This document shows, one piece after another, positions 24,877 through 34,139 of a stretch of 64,000 nt of DNA; positions within the stretch are counted from its first letter, which is position 1; each line of letters opens with the position of its first letter. Source of the stretch: a virus (Duplodnaviria; Caudoviricetes). The translations under genes and the position numbers were made by a program. The notes under the pieces were generated by a model. The model saw only the letters and a program-made list of their open reading frames with translations. It did not search any database and was not told the origin of the DNA. The stretch is from positions 14,683-78,682 of IMG/VR virus record IMGVR_UViG_3300037722_000889; one strand, 5' to 3'.

Positions 24877-25605
24877 TTACGCGCGGAGTCGGCGCGCGGT
24901 CTTTTCGGCGTCCGTCTTGTGCTCGGGGGTTGCCTTGGTACCCTTGGGAACGGCTACCGGCGCGGCGGAGTCGATCGGGATACCCTTGGAAGCCTTGCGC
25001 GGCTTGCGGGTTGCCTTGGGCTTGCTGGCCTTTGCCATGGCGTCAAATTCACGCGCCAGTGTGGCCAGCGTTTCTTTGCTAAGCCCTTTGGCCAGTTCCC
25101 GGATAACGTCCGGGAGGTTCAAGCCATTGGGTACCATGGCGTCCCGTACCGGCTTGCATACGTCCGCAACGGACAGGCGCACCGGCTGGACCTGTTTCGG
25201 CTGGCCGTTGCTGGGAGTCGTTGTGGCGGGTGCTTCCGGCTCAGCCTTGGCGGGTGCTTCCGGCTCAGCCTTGGCGGGTGCCATGGACAGGTCCAACGGG
25301 AATTCATAGACCCCAGTATTTGGATAGCGTTTCATCTGGCCAGCCGGGAACAGGAAGCCAGAATCAGTAACGGCGCGGCGTATCAGACGCTGGCAAGAGT
25401 TCCATTCTGTGTCCGTCAAGTCTTTCATGATGGCAACCATGGAAGCCTGTCGGCTTGCGGCGTCCGTACTGGCCGGAATGGTTGCGTCCGCGCGGACAAT
25501 GGCGCGCAGTCCAAGGCTGAAATTTTCGGCACGGCCCAGAGCGACGCGGAATTCAATCAACAGGCTGGACACGGTAGCGGTCTTAAGATCGAAAGTATTT
25601 TTCAT
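24877..25605 (-). CDS. first gene of the leftward arm, hypothetical (242 aa; Ala/Lys/Pro-rich linker)
   Basis: AGAGGG SD; AKAEPEAP repeated twice; directly downstream of the P copy at 25635. Confidence 0.65.
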   Translation of the reverse strand: MKNTFDLKTATVSSLLIEFRVALGRAENFSLGLRAIVRADATIPASTDAASRQASMVAIMKDLTDTEWNSCQRLIRRAVTDSGFLFPAGQMKRYPNTGVYEFPLDLSMAPAKAEPEAPAKAEPEAPATTTPSNGQPKQVQPVRLSVADVCKPVRDAMVPNGLNLPDVIRELAKGLSKETLATLAREFDAMAKASKPKATRKPRKASKGIPIDSAAPVAVPKGTKATPEHKTDAEKTARRLRA

Positions 25606-25655
25606 GGCGTAAACCCTCTTTGGTTTGTGTGATCCTGACATGTCAGGATCTGGGG

Positions 25656-25703
25656 CGTCAACTATTTGACGGGTACCCAGGTAGGACCGTCAAAAGATTG
25701 ACG
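25656..25703. promoter_or_regulatory. pair of palindromic operators CGTCAA-N4-TTGACG
   Basis: CGTCAActatTTGACG at 25656-25671 and CGTCAAaagaTTGACG at 25688-25703, 32 bp apart. Confidence 0.65.
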
Positions 25704-25786
25704 GCCAAAGAACGGACCGAGAACAAGCCCAGCCCATGGGGTCGCGGCCCCATACCCTATATATGCAGGAGGCGTGCCAAGTCTCG

Positions 25787-26169
25787 TAAGCTATTGATTC
25801 TATTAGACTTTATATCCTTATGCAGGTACCGTGCCAGCCTCTAACTGTATGATTATCCGACCTATTTTCTGTGGATAAGTCTCTAAGTCATTGATTCACA
25901 AGGCAATCACCACTGTCAACCAGGTCGACACTCGCCGGCAGGCTTGACAGTCGGCATACCGGGAGAATGTCTTTAGATACAAGGACTTAGACCCGGTACC
26001 CACTTTTATTTTGTGGTTACTTGGCCACTGGGATGTTGGTCCCTGCGCGAATTCCCCAGCTTTTTAAACCAGATCACCACCGAAATCAACAACTTAATAA
26101 CAATTATCAACGACTTACAACCGAAAACGGCGCCAAATCGCCAGATTCGCCACCGAAATCAACAATTTA
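25787..26169. promoter_or_regulatory. cluster of five IHF-consensus sites and a DnaA-box match; candidate cos/packaging region
   Basis: WATCAANNNNTTR matches at 25787 (-), 25884 (-), 26084, 26105 and 26157; TGTGGATAA at 25870; AT-rich non-coding DNA upstream of TerS. Confidence 0.6.
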
Positions 26170-26324
26170 CCCTAAATTCGCCCAAAAACAGGCCAAAACC
26201 GCCAAAATCCCGCCGCCCAAATCCCAAAATTTTAGGGTAAACCCCAAAATTCCAAGAATCCCTCGACTCAGCCCGTCCTTTCCCTCACACTTCAGGAACA
26301 TCCCGCCACTTCTTGAGGTGAAAC

Positions 26325-26507
26325 ATGAGCTACCCCTCCTGCCAAGCCTGCCACTGGGACCGTTTCAACCTCGACCACGGCTACCACAGCTGCGACCTGG
26401 ACCGTGCCGAGCACGTCACCCACGGCCCGGTCATCTGCCCCGAGTTCAAGCTCAGGTACCTCATGAACAACGTGCCGCATCCCACTGAAACAGTTGACCA
26501 AACCTGA
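26325..26507 (+). CDS. small Cys/His-rich protein (60 aa)
   Basis: CQAC...C...C; GAGG SD; first rightward ORF. Confidence 0.5.
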   Translation: MSYPSCQACHWDRFNLDHGYHSCDLDRAEHVTHGPVICPEFKLRYLMNNVPHPTETVDQT

Positions 26508-26531
26508 TCGCACGGCGTAGGATGCCAGTCT

Positions 26532-26996
26532 ATGACCGAGACCTCCGCCATCCACGAGTTCATGACGGACCTCCAGACCCTGGACGCCGAGGTGGAGGCG
26601 ATCCTCCACGCCCCGCAGCTGCTGACCAAGGAGCAGCTGCGCAACCTCGCCTGCATCCTGCAGGATTACCTGCCCCAAGGCGTGGCCTATGGCGCCGACT
26701 TTGACCTGGTGGCGGAGATCGGCCAGCAGCTGACCGCGATCAAGGCCATGCGGCGCAAAGTGATGACGGACAACGGGGTGCCGATGGAGGGGATCTCTGC
26801 GCGCGACCTGAAAGAGGTCGCAACCGCCAGCAACACCATCCTGCAGACCCTGATCAAGACCCACGAGAAGATCATGAGCTACGAGCGCCAGCGGGCCATC
26901 GAGAAGGCCGCGGCCGCTGCCGTGCGCGCCATGCCGCAGGAGTTCCAGGACCAATATTTCGAACACCTCGAGCGGGAGTTGTCCGCAATCGCATAA
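26532..26996 (+). CDS. putative terminase small subunit
   Basis: 154-aa helical protein heading the packaging module; assigned by position only. Confidence 0.55.
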   Translation: MTETSAIHEFMTDLQTLDAEVEAILHAPQLLTKEQLRNLACILQDYLPQGVAYGADFDLVAEIGQQLTAIKAMRRKVMTDNGVPMEGISARDLKEVATASNTILQTLIKTHEKIMSYERQRAIEKAAAAAVRAMPQEFQDQYFEHLERELSAIA

Positions 26997-27017
26997 CCCG
27001 CCTGTCTCAATGAGGAG

Positions 27018-28916
27018 ATGGCTATGGCACGACAAGCAATCAACCACGGTACCACGCCCGGCGACAATACCGGCGAGACTCACTTCGCCGCGTTCCAGAA
27101 ATGTAACGCCAATTTCGTCGAACTGTACAACAGTGCCACGGCCAACGCTGATGCGGCTGCGGCTGCGCTGAGCGCGGCCAACGACAAGGAAGCCGACCTC
27201 GGCAACCCGGCTTCCGACGGCCAGATCTTGTCCAGTGACACGCTCGGCAACCGGGAGTGGATCGATCCGCCTGCGGGCGGGGCGGTGGACTCGGTCAGCG
27301 GCGCTGCACCGGTCGCCGTGGGCGGTACGGCTTCTGCGCCGGTGATCAGTATCTTGCCTGCAACTACTTCTGCGGCCGGCTCGATGTCCGCCACGGACAA
27401 GGCCAAACTGGATGGGGTCGCCACCGGGGCCACGGCCAACGCGACCGACGCTCAGCTGCGTGACCGGGCCTCGCACACTGGTGCGCAGGCGATCAGCACT
27501 GTCACAGACCTGCAAACGGCGCTGGACGACAAAGAGCCGGCCATCAGCAACCCTGCAGAGCTTGGCATGGTACTGACTAGCACTCTCGCTGGAGTCCGGT
27601 CTTGGGTGCCTCGGCTTGGGTCAAACATTCTCACAGTTGGGGAAACCGGCGCGTATGCAACCGTCCAGGTCGCTATAACTGCTCGTACTGCTGCCGGGTA
27701 CAAGAAAACCACTCTGGCGTCCATCACGGACGGGGCTGAGGCGAATTTTGCCGGTCAGCATCGAGAATGGACCACTACCACAGACTTGTCCGCGCTGGTC
27801 GGCAGGACAGTTGGAATGGAGGTTGACGGCGACATCCCGTTGCTGGTGTATGTGCTGAACGCGAATACGGTTATGCAGTTGAACCCGCGTATTTCATCGT
27901 CCCGCACCGCACAGACGATCGAGCTGTTCGAAGTCAACCCTGTTGTAATCTACCTGCTTCCAGGTCACACGGAATCCGCGTCGTTTTCAAATAATGCGCC
28001 GATCTATATTCCAAATGGACATTTCACTACGCTGTTTGCCCACTCCGGCACCACTCAAATCAATGCGTGGAAAAATGCCGGCGAGACATGGGGTGCAATT
28101 ATTGGCGGCAGCGAGTTCTGTATGGACGGACTCAATATAAGCTCCCGAGTAGCTGCTTCCGGGATCTACGAGAATGTACCTGCAGGCTATGGCCTTATCC
28201 GGTCTGCATATCCAAGCAACCCGGTGGCGGCGTACTCAGCCAATATCTATCTGCGTAACGTATCCGGGATCGCAGGCTACCAAGACGCTGTGTATATGGC
28301 TGGTCCTCAAGGGTTGTTCATAGATAACTGTGTGATGGAGACTGAATTCGACGCCATTCGGTATTTCGAGGGGCGTCGTTTGGATGTCAGAAATTCTAAA
28401 ATTACCGCGTTTCATAGGCAAGCTTCTAACAATACCCGATGTGTCGCGTTGGGGATTTCTTCGCCATCAATTGCGTTGCCAACCGATGCAAAAACAGATG
28501 TCAACCTCATCGGAAACGAGTTTTCTGCGTGGATACATACGAATGGCGGAGTGGGGACTGCCTCAACAATAGCCCTTGTGGCGACAGTACAGCAAATGAG
28601 TTCACGATCGGTTGTCGATATCGCCCATAACAAGTTCAAGGTGGATTGCGATGAGGCGCTGAGCTTCGTAGGGGCTGAGATTGTTGGGGTTGATACCGGC
28701 ACCGCATCAGGGGACACAATAGTTAACTTCCCCGCTCAGTTTAACGTACACGACAATCAGTTTGATATGCGAATGGACGCAGCAGATGTGACGAATGTGA
28801 AACTGATGAAGAACCGCCATGCGTCTCACCCATTTGTACAGTGGAACAACATCGCTGTCCCAGGCTCGATCACTAATGTTGACGCTACCAATATCACGGC
28901 GCCGACCTTCTTGTAA
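27018..28916 (+). CDS. fibre/tailspike-like virion protein with probable beta-helix (pectin-lyase-like) C-terminal domain
   Basis: N-terminus ARQAINHGTTPGDNTGETHFAAFQKCNANFVELY, fibre repeat ATTSAAGSMSATDKAKLDG, and a lower-GC C-terminal half with beta-helix-like rungs (IDNCVM, DVRNSKI, NLIGNEF, DIAHNKF, NVHDNQF). Confidence 0.7.
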   Translation: MAMARQAINHGTTPGDNTGETHFAAFQKCNANFVELYNSATANADAAAAALSAANDKEADLGNPASDGQILSSDTLGNREWIDPPAGGAVDSVSGAAPVAVGGTASAPVISILPATTSAAGSMSATDKAKLDGVATGATANATDAQLRDRASHTGAQAISTVTDLQTALDDKEPAISNPAELGMVLTSTLAGVRSWVPRLGSNILTVGETGAYATVQVAITARTAAGYKKTTLASITDGAEANFAGQHREWTTTTDLSALVGRTVGMEVDGDIPLLVYVLNANTVMQLNPRISSSRTAQTIELFEVNPVVIYLLPGHTESASFSNNAPIYIPNGHFTTLFAHSGTTQINAWKNAGETWGAIIGGSEFCMDGLNISSRVAASGIYENVPAGYGLIRSAYPSNPVAAYSANIYLRNVSGIAGYQDAVYMAGPQGLFIDNCVMETEFDAIRYFEGRRLDVRNSKITAFHRQASNNTRCVALGISSPSIALPTDAKTDVNLIGNEFSAWIHTNGGVGTASTIALVATVQQMSSRSVVDIAHNKFKVDCDEALSFVGAEIVGVDTGTASGDTIVNFPAQFNVHDNQFDMRMDAADVTNVKLMKNRHASHPFVQWNNIAVPGSITNVDATNITAPTFL

Positions 28917-28944
28917 CCGCAAACGGCCACAAAGATGACCAGAC

Positions 28945-29109
28945 GTGACCACTGACACCGACATCCACACCGCCGACAGCCAGTTCCTGATGGCCGACGG
29001 TTTCTTCCGGGGCGTGCCGCACGATCCACAGCGCCCGGACGTTGTGGTGTTGACCCCGGTCACCGGCCAGACCAACGCTACCCCTGTCCTGGACATTGAG
29101 GTCCTATGA
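28945..29109 (+). CDS. small hypothetical protein (54 aa)
   Basis: Own translation VTTDTDIHTADSQFLMADG...; ATGA-coupled to the next gene. Confidence 0.45.
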   Translation: MTTDTDIHTADSQFLMADGFFRGVPHDPQRPDVVVLTPVTGQTNATPVLDIEVL

Positions 29110-29414
29110 GCACAACGCTGCACGTCACCCAGGGAGAGACCACCGTTTCCCGCCTGCGCCTGACCGAGGACGGCGTGGCCGTGCCGGACCATACCAGCGT
29201 CACGCGCGCCATCCTCGACGTGGAGGGCGTGCTGACGATGGACTCGGCGGACGACCCAGGTCACTTCGACCTGACTGAGCCTGCCTACCTGGGCGTGGTC
29301 CTGGGCACGCTGCCGCTGCAGCCGGGCGTCTACTGGGCCACGCTGACCGTCTTCTCGGCCCTGCACCCCACCGGCATCGCGTGGCGCCCCCTCCTGCGGC
29401 TGCGGGTCGAATGA
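29106..29414 (+). CDS. small beta-sandwich-like virion accessory protein (102 aa)
   Basis: VTQGET..RLRL...GVYWATLTVF pattern; ATGA-coupled to TerL. Confidence 0.5.
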   Translation: MSTTLHVTQGETTVSRLRLTEDGVAVPDHTSVTRAILDVEGVLTMDSADDPGHFDLTEPAYLGVVLGTLPLQPGVYWATLTVFSALHPTGIAWRPLLRLRVE

Positions 29415-31147
29415 ACAGCCAGGCGGAGGCGTTCATGGCGCGCCTACGGGCCGCCGTCTCGACAGTGCGCGACCTCTCACGCACGTCCGAGTGGATCTGC
29501 TCCCGCACCACTCACCCCCGCGATCGCACGCAGCCCTGGTCCTTCAAGGACCACGAGATGCAGATCGAGATCGCCAACTGCGACGCGCCCAAGGCCTGCA
29601 CCCGAAAGTGCTCCCAGGTCGGCCTGTCGGAGCTGTCCGTGCGCATCGTTCTGGCCCTGCTGGACATCTACCCGAACTCGACGGCCATCTACACCCTGCC
29701 GACCACCGGCTTTGCCCGCAAGTTCACCAAGGCCCGCATCGATACCGTGATCGACGGCTCTGACCATCTCAGCAGCATGCTGGATCCGGACAACGACAGC
29801 TCGGAGCTGAAGCAGCTGGGCGGCTCGTTCCTGTACATCTCCGGCTCGTTTGGCCAGGGCTCCGCCATCTCGGTGCCGGCGGACTTCCTGGTCCGGGACG
29901 AAGTGGACTTCTCCAACCAGGTGGCGCTCAGCACCTACGCCAGCCGCCTGGGCCATGCCGAGAACGGCGGCATCACCCGGGACTTCTCCACGCCCACGGT
30001 CGAGGGGTATGGCATCAGCGAGAAGTTCGCCAAGTCGACCCAGGCGCGCTACGCCGTACGCTGTGACCATTGCAGCACCTGGGTGGCGCCGGGCTTCCTG
30101 GACGACGTGGTCATCCCCGGCTACCAGGACTCCATCCTGGAGCTGGACAAGTCGGACCTGGAGAACCCCAAGTACCGCATCGGCGAGGCGTTCCTGAAGT
30201 GCCCCTCCTGCCACAGCCCGCTGACCCAGGCCAACCTGTGTGACCCGGACAAGCGCCAGTGGGTGCACGCGCATGAGATCGGGACCAAGGAATACGTCGG
30301 CTTCCAGGTGGAGCCCTTCGACGTGGCCGCGGTCAACCCGGTCAGCAAGACCTTGATGTCGCTGAGCGAATACAAGAAGAAGGCCGACTGGGTCAATTTC
30401 AAGGTCGGACTGCCCTACGAGGACGCCGAGTCCTCCTTCCTGAAGGAAGTGATCACCCGCAACACCACGCTCTCCTGGCTGCAGCCCCGGGAGCTGGCCG
30501 GGTCCGGCTTCATCCTGGGCATGGACGTCGGCAAGGTCTGCCACCTGGTGATCGGCCGGCGGGACAAGCACTACCTCGATGTCGTGCATGCCGAGCGGAT
30601 CAAGCAGGACGACGATGACGCCATTTTCAAGCGGGTTGTCGAGCTGCTGCGGATGTACGGGGTCTCCAAGGCCGTGGTGGACGCCGGCCCGGACTTCACG
30701 ACTGCCCTGAAACTGATCGGTCATGGCTACCTAAATCAAGTATTTGCGTGCTATTATGTACGTAGTACTCGAGCTTCTCTGGCCAACGTGGATGTGAAGG
30801 AGGTGGAGCAGGTGATCAACGCGAACCGCACCGGCACCATCGACGAGCTGGCCAAGACGGTCAACAAGGGCCAGATGCGCTTCGCCCGGATGGAGGAGAT
30901 GTCCGTCATCGCGAGCCACTTGAGCAACGTCAAGCGCATCGAGACGGAAAACGGCCGGGGCGAACGCGTCGCCTCCTGGGTGAAGACCGGCGACGACCAT
31001 TACGCCCACGCCCTGAACTACCTGCACATGGCGGATTCCATGCTGGGGTTCCGTGGCAAGCACGCCCCGATTGCCGCCCTGCCGCTGATCGGCAAGGCCC
31101 AGATCAAGACCGAACCGGAGCACGTGGAATCCCAACTCCTACAATGA
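29411..31147 (+). CDS. terminase large subunit (lambda gpA-type)
   Basis: Walker-A-like KCSQVGLSE, Walker-B LVRDEVD, Zn motifs CDHC and CPSC, nuclease LGMDVG and DDHYAHA. Confidence 0.9.
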   Translation: MNSQAEAFMARLRAAVSTVRDLSRTSEWICSRTTHPRDRTQPWSFKDHEMQIEIANCDAPKACTRKCSQVGLSELSVRIVLALLDIYPNSTAIYTLPTTGFARKFTKARIDTVIDGSDHLSSMLDPDNDSSELKQLGGSFLYISGSFGQGSAISVPADFLVRDEVDFSNQVALSTYASRLGHAENGGITRDFSTPTVEGYGISEKFAKSTQARYAVRCDHCSTWVAPGFLDDVVIPGYQDSILELDKSDLENPKYRIGEAFLKCPSCHSPLTQANLCDPDKRQWVHAHEIGTKEYVGFQVEPFDVAAVNPVSKTLMSLSEYKKKADWVNFKVGLPYEDAESSFLKEVITRNTTLSWLQPRELAGSGFILGMDVGKVCHLVIGRRDKHYLDVVHAERIKQDDDDAIFKRVVELLRMYGVSKAVVDAGPDFTTALKLIGHGYLNQVFACYYVRSTRASLANVDVKEVEQVINANRTGTIDELAKTVNKGQMRFARMEEMSVIASHLSNVKRIETENGRGERVASWVKTGDDHYAHALNYLHMADSMLGFRGKHAPIAALPLIGKAQIKTEPEHVESQLLQ

Positions 31148-31155
31148 GGTAGGTT

Positions 31156-32586
31156 ATGGCCCTGGCACCAAAACAACTCGTGATGCCCCGCAGCCTTGCC
31201 ACCAAGGCGAAGACGGTCGGCCCGGCCTCTGGCCTGGAGAAGGGCGCGGAAATCCGCAAGCCTAGCCAGCTGATCCAGGCGGAGTCGGTACGCTCGCTGC
31301 GCAACCAGGGCCGCATCGCCGAGGCGGTGCGCCGGCTGGCCCGGGTCGACGGGACCACCTCGGCGGCCGTGTTCACCTATGTCCAGGTGGCCAATTCCGG
31401 CTACACCATCAAGGCCTACGATGGCAGCACGCACGAGTTCAGCGCCGAGGGGACTCAGATTGCCCGCTCGGTCGCGGCCGGCATGGACACGCTCTACGAC
31501 TACAGCGAGAAATTCTCGGACAAGCGGACCATGGATGCCCTGATCGAATCCGGCCTGCTCGAGGTCGTGCTGACCGGCGCTGTCGCCGGCGAACTGGTTC
31601 TGGACAAGCAGCGCCTGCCTAGTCACATCAACTTCATTCCCTACGAGCAGATCACCTACAAGGCCAAGGGCGACGGGCGCATGTACCCGCGCCAGCAGCC
31701 GACCACCGGCGAGGCCGTGGACCTGGACGAGCCGACCGTCTGGATCGCTGAGTCGCACAAGCAGGCGCACGTGGCCTATTCCAGTTCCATGATGGAGTCC
31801 GCCATCGAGATGGCGTTTTACTTCATGGAGTTCATCGAGGACATGCGCCGCGCGGTGCGCCGCTCCGGCCACACCCGGCTGCTGGTGAAGATCGTCTCCG
31901 AGAAGGTCATGGCTTCCGCCCCGTCGGACGTGCAGTCGGATCCGAAGAAGCTGAAGGTATACCTCGAGCAAATCCGCGACGAGGTTGTGGCGACGGTCAA
32001 CAGCCTGGAGCCGGAAGACGCCTTGGTCGCGTTCGACGCGGTCGAGATGAGCGCCATCAAGGCCGACGGCGACAAGACCGACTACAAGGAGCTGCTGACC
32101 GCCCTGTCCGGGATCCTGGCCACCAGCCTCAAGTCGCACCCGTCGATCCTCGGCCTGCGCCTGTCCGGTAGCCAGAGCCTGTCGAACACGGAAAGCCTGG
32201 TGTTCCTGAAGATCGCTCGCTCGATCCAGAAGCCGGTGGAGCAGTTCATGAGCCGCGCGCTGACGCTGGCCGTACGTCTGTACGGCGGCGACTACTACGT
32301 GCACTTCCGCTTTGACCCCATCGACCTGCGCCCCGAGCACGAGCTGGAGGCGTTTCGCACCATGCGCCAGCAGCGCATCCTGGAGCAGCTGTCCTACGGC
32401 TTCATCACGGACGAGGAGGCGGCCGAGGCGATGGGTACCGGCGTGCGGCCGCCCGGGGCACCGCCGCTCAGCGGCACCATGTTCTTCAGCCGTTCCGGCG
32501 CCAACAGCACGGAAACACCTGATGACCCGCAGGGCCGCGCCCTGCAACCGGACACCCCTGACAAGGCCGGGGGCGACAGCCAGTAA
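31156..32586 (+). CDS. portal protein
   Basis: 476-aa helical protein between TerL and the protease; C-terminal FDPIDLRP...FITDEEA pattern. Confidence 0.8.
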   Translation: MALAPKQLVMPRSLATKAKTVGPASGLEKGAEIRKPSQLIQAESVRSLRNQGRIAEAVRRLARVDGTTSAAVFTYVQVANSGYTIKAYDGSTHEFSAEGTQIARSVAAGMDTLYDYSEKFSDKRTMDALIESGLLEVVLTGAVAGELVLDKQRLPSHINFIPYEQITYKAKGDGRMYPRQQPTTGEAVDLDEPTVWIAESHKQAHVAYSSSMMESAIEMAFYFMEFIEDMRRAVRRSGHTRLLVKIVSEKVMASAPSDVQSDPKKLKVYLEQIRDEVVATVNSLEPEDALVAFDAVEMSAIKADGDKTDYKELLTALSGILATSLKSHPSILGLRLSGSQSLSNTESLVFLKIARSIQKPVEQFMSRALTLAVRLYGGDYYVHFRFDPIDLRPEHELEAFRTMRQQRILEQLSYGFITDEEAAEAMGTGVRPPGAPPLSGTMFFSRSGANSTETPDDPQGRALQPDTPDKAGGDSQ

Positions 32587-32622
32587 GGGCGACCTACTCC
32601 CACTTTCATTGAGGAAAGCGGC

Positions 32623-34134
32623 ATGACCATCGAAACCAAGTTCTGGCTGGGCGACCTTTCCAGCTACCAGCTCTGCCTCGACGCCATTGCGGCCGAGGCT
32701 GCCATGTCGCCGGAAGCGCGGGCCAACAACCCGTTCGACGACGAGGACGACGAGTTCGACGGGTACGGCTACCTCGTGCAGCGCCACGGCGATACCGCCA
32801 TCCTGTCCGTGCACGGCCCCTTGACCAACCGCGACAGCATGTGGAACCGGTTCTTCGGCGTGACCAGCTACGGCGAGATCCGCAACGCGCTCTCCGCCGC
32901 GGTCAACAACGGCGACATCAAGGACATCCTGCTGGACGTCGACAGCCCTGGCGGCGCGGCCAAGGGCACCTCGGAGGCGGCTGACTTTATTGCCCGGGTC
33001 GATGCCGAGCACAAGCCGGTGTACGCGCACACCTCCGGCGACATGATGAGCGCCGCGTACTGGCTGGGCAGCGCCGCGCGCAAGATCACCGCCACTTCCA
33101 TGTCCAGCGTCGGTTCCATCGGCGTCATCGCCGTGCACCGCGAGTTCACCGCGGCCCTGGCCCAGGGCGGCATCAAGGCCACCGTACTGCGCGAAGGCAA
33201 GTACAAGGCGCTGGGCTCTCCCTACGAAAAACTCACCGATGAGGCCAAGGCGCACCTGCAGCAGAGCCTGTCGGACATGTACGGCTTTTTCACCGGCGCC
33301 GTGGCAGAAAATCGAGGTTTGCCAATCGATTACATCCTGGAGAAGGCGGCGGAAGGCCGTGAGTTCTGGGGGCCGGATGCCATGGCCGTCGGCCTGGTGG
33401 ATGAAATTTCGACCCTTGAAGAGGTTGTAAATCAACTGGATAGGGGGCATAATTCGAAACAACATGAAGTTCACATGTCGAACCACAGGGGCCTTCAGCC
33501 TATGACCACCAAAAGCAAGCGAGTAGTAATCACCGCCGCCGCTCAGCAGGCCATCCAGGCTGGCGTTCCCGAAGCCGAGGCCCTCGAGCTGCACGGTGCG
33601 GTCGAGACCGATGCAGACGCGGAGGCCCAGGCCGCTGCTGAAGCCGCTGCCGCCGCGGAGGCCCAGGCCGCTGCCGAAGGCGGCGCGGAAGGCGAGGGCA
33701 GTGAAGCTGCCGCCGGGGAAGGCGTGACCGCCGAGACGGTCTCCACCCCGGACACCTCCGCCATCGATGCGCTGTCCCGCCAGATCAGCGAGCTGAACAC
33801 TGCCCTGGTCGATACCAAGGTGGAGCTGGCCCAGGCCAACACCGCCCTGGCCAAGGCCACCGCTGCCGAATCCGGGCTGTTGGACATCGCCCGCGCCTCG
33901 GTGCAGAAGATGCAGATTGCCTTGGGCGGTTCGCCCCAGGATCTCAACCACCTTGACGCCACCACGCTGCTGCAGCAGCACGCAGCCGTGGAAAAGGCGT
34001 TTCTCGAGCGGTACCCGGTCGGTGGCAAGGGCAAGGTTTCCAGCGACAAGCTGGAAGTCGTGACCGATGCTCCGGCCATGCACTCCCCGGCCGTAAAGCG
34101 AGCCGTTTCTTTCTCCAAAACCAATGAGGGTTAA
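32623..34134 (+). CDS. S49-family prohead protease with C-terminal scaffold region
   Basis: ILLDVDSPGG, SAAYWLGSAA, VGSIGV and GKYKALG motifs; Ala/Glu-rich linker then coiled coil. Confidence 0.9.
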   Translation: MTIETKFWLGDLSSYQLCLDAIAAEAAMSPEARANNPFDDEDDEFDGYGYLVQRHGDTAILSVHGPLTNRDSMWNRFFGVTSYGEIRNALSAAVNNGDIKDILLDVDSPGGAAKGTSEAADFIARVDAEHKPVYAHTSGDMMSAAYWLGSAARKITATSMSSVGSIGVIAVHREFTAALAQGGIKATVLREGKYKALGSPYEKLTDEAKAHLQQSLSDMYGFFTGAVAENRGLPIDYILEKAAEGREFWGPDAMAVGLVDEISTLEEVVNQLDRGHNSKQHEVHMSNHRGLQPMTTKSKRVVITAAAQQAIQAGVPEAEALELHGAVETDADAEAQAAAEAAAAAEAQAAAEGGAEGEGSEAAAGEGVTAETVSTPDTSAIDALSRQISELNTALVDTKVELAQANTALAKATAAESGLLDIARASVQKMQIALGGSPQDLNHLDATTLLQQHAAVEKAFLERYPVGGKGKVSSDKLEVVTDAPAMHSPAVKRAVSFSKTNEG

Positions 34135-34139
34135 TTGTC

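Larger units (their letters stand above)
4025..25650. repeat. dispersed intergenic palindrome family P, core CTGACATGTCAG (17 copies)
   Basis: Cores read at 4028, 7079, 12037, 15306, 16272, 16961, 18283, 18815, 19868, 20354, 21114, 21868, 22211, 23851, 24613, 24755, 25635; degenerate copies at 8872 and 21845; usually extended to 18-24-bp palindromes; none noticed at 1-4 kb or after 25.7 kb. Confidence 0.97.

Noticed and set aside
15967-25641. ORF-track starts 'MSG.../MSE...' from the ATG inside the palindrome (e.g. 18289, 18821, 25641)
   Set aside because: Only about 4 of the copies I checked are in frame with the next gene, as expected by chance; the SD lies downstream of this ATG, so real starts were re-called.
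4025-25650. CRISPR array interpretation of the palindromic repeats
   Set aside because: The intervals are hundreds to thousands of bp and contain whole genes, the repeats are only 12-24 bp, and no cas genes are present.
4025-25650. Classical integron attC sites
   Set aside because: No RYYYAAC/GTTRRRY ends or extrahelical-base pattern, the elements are far shorter than attC, and no IntI is in the window.
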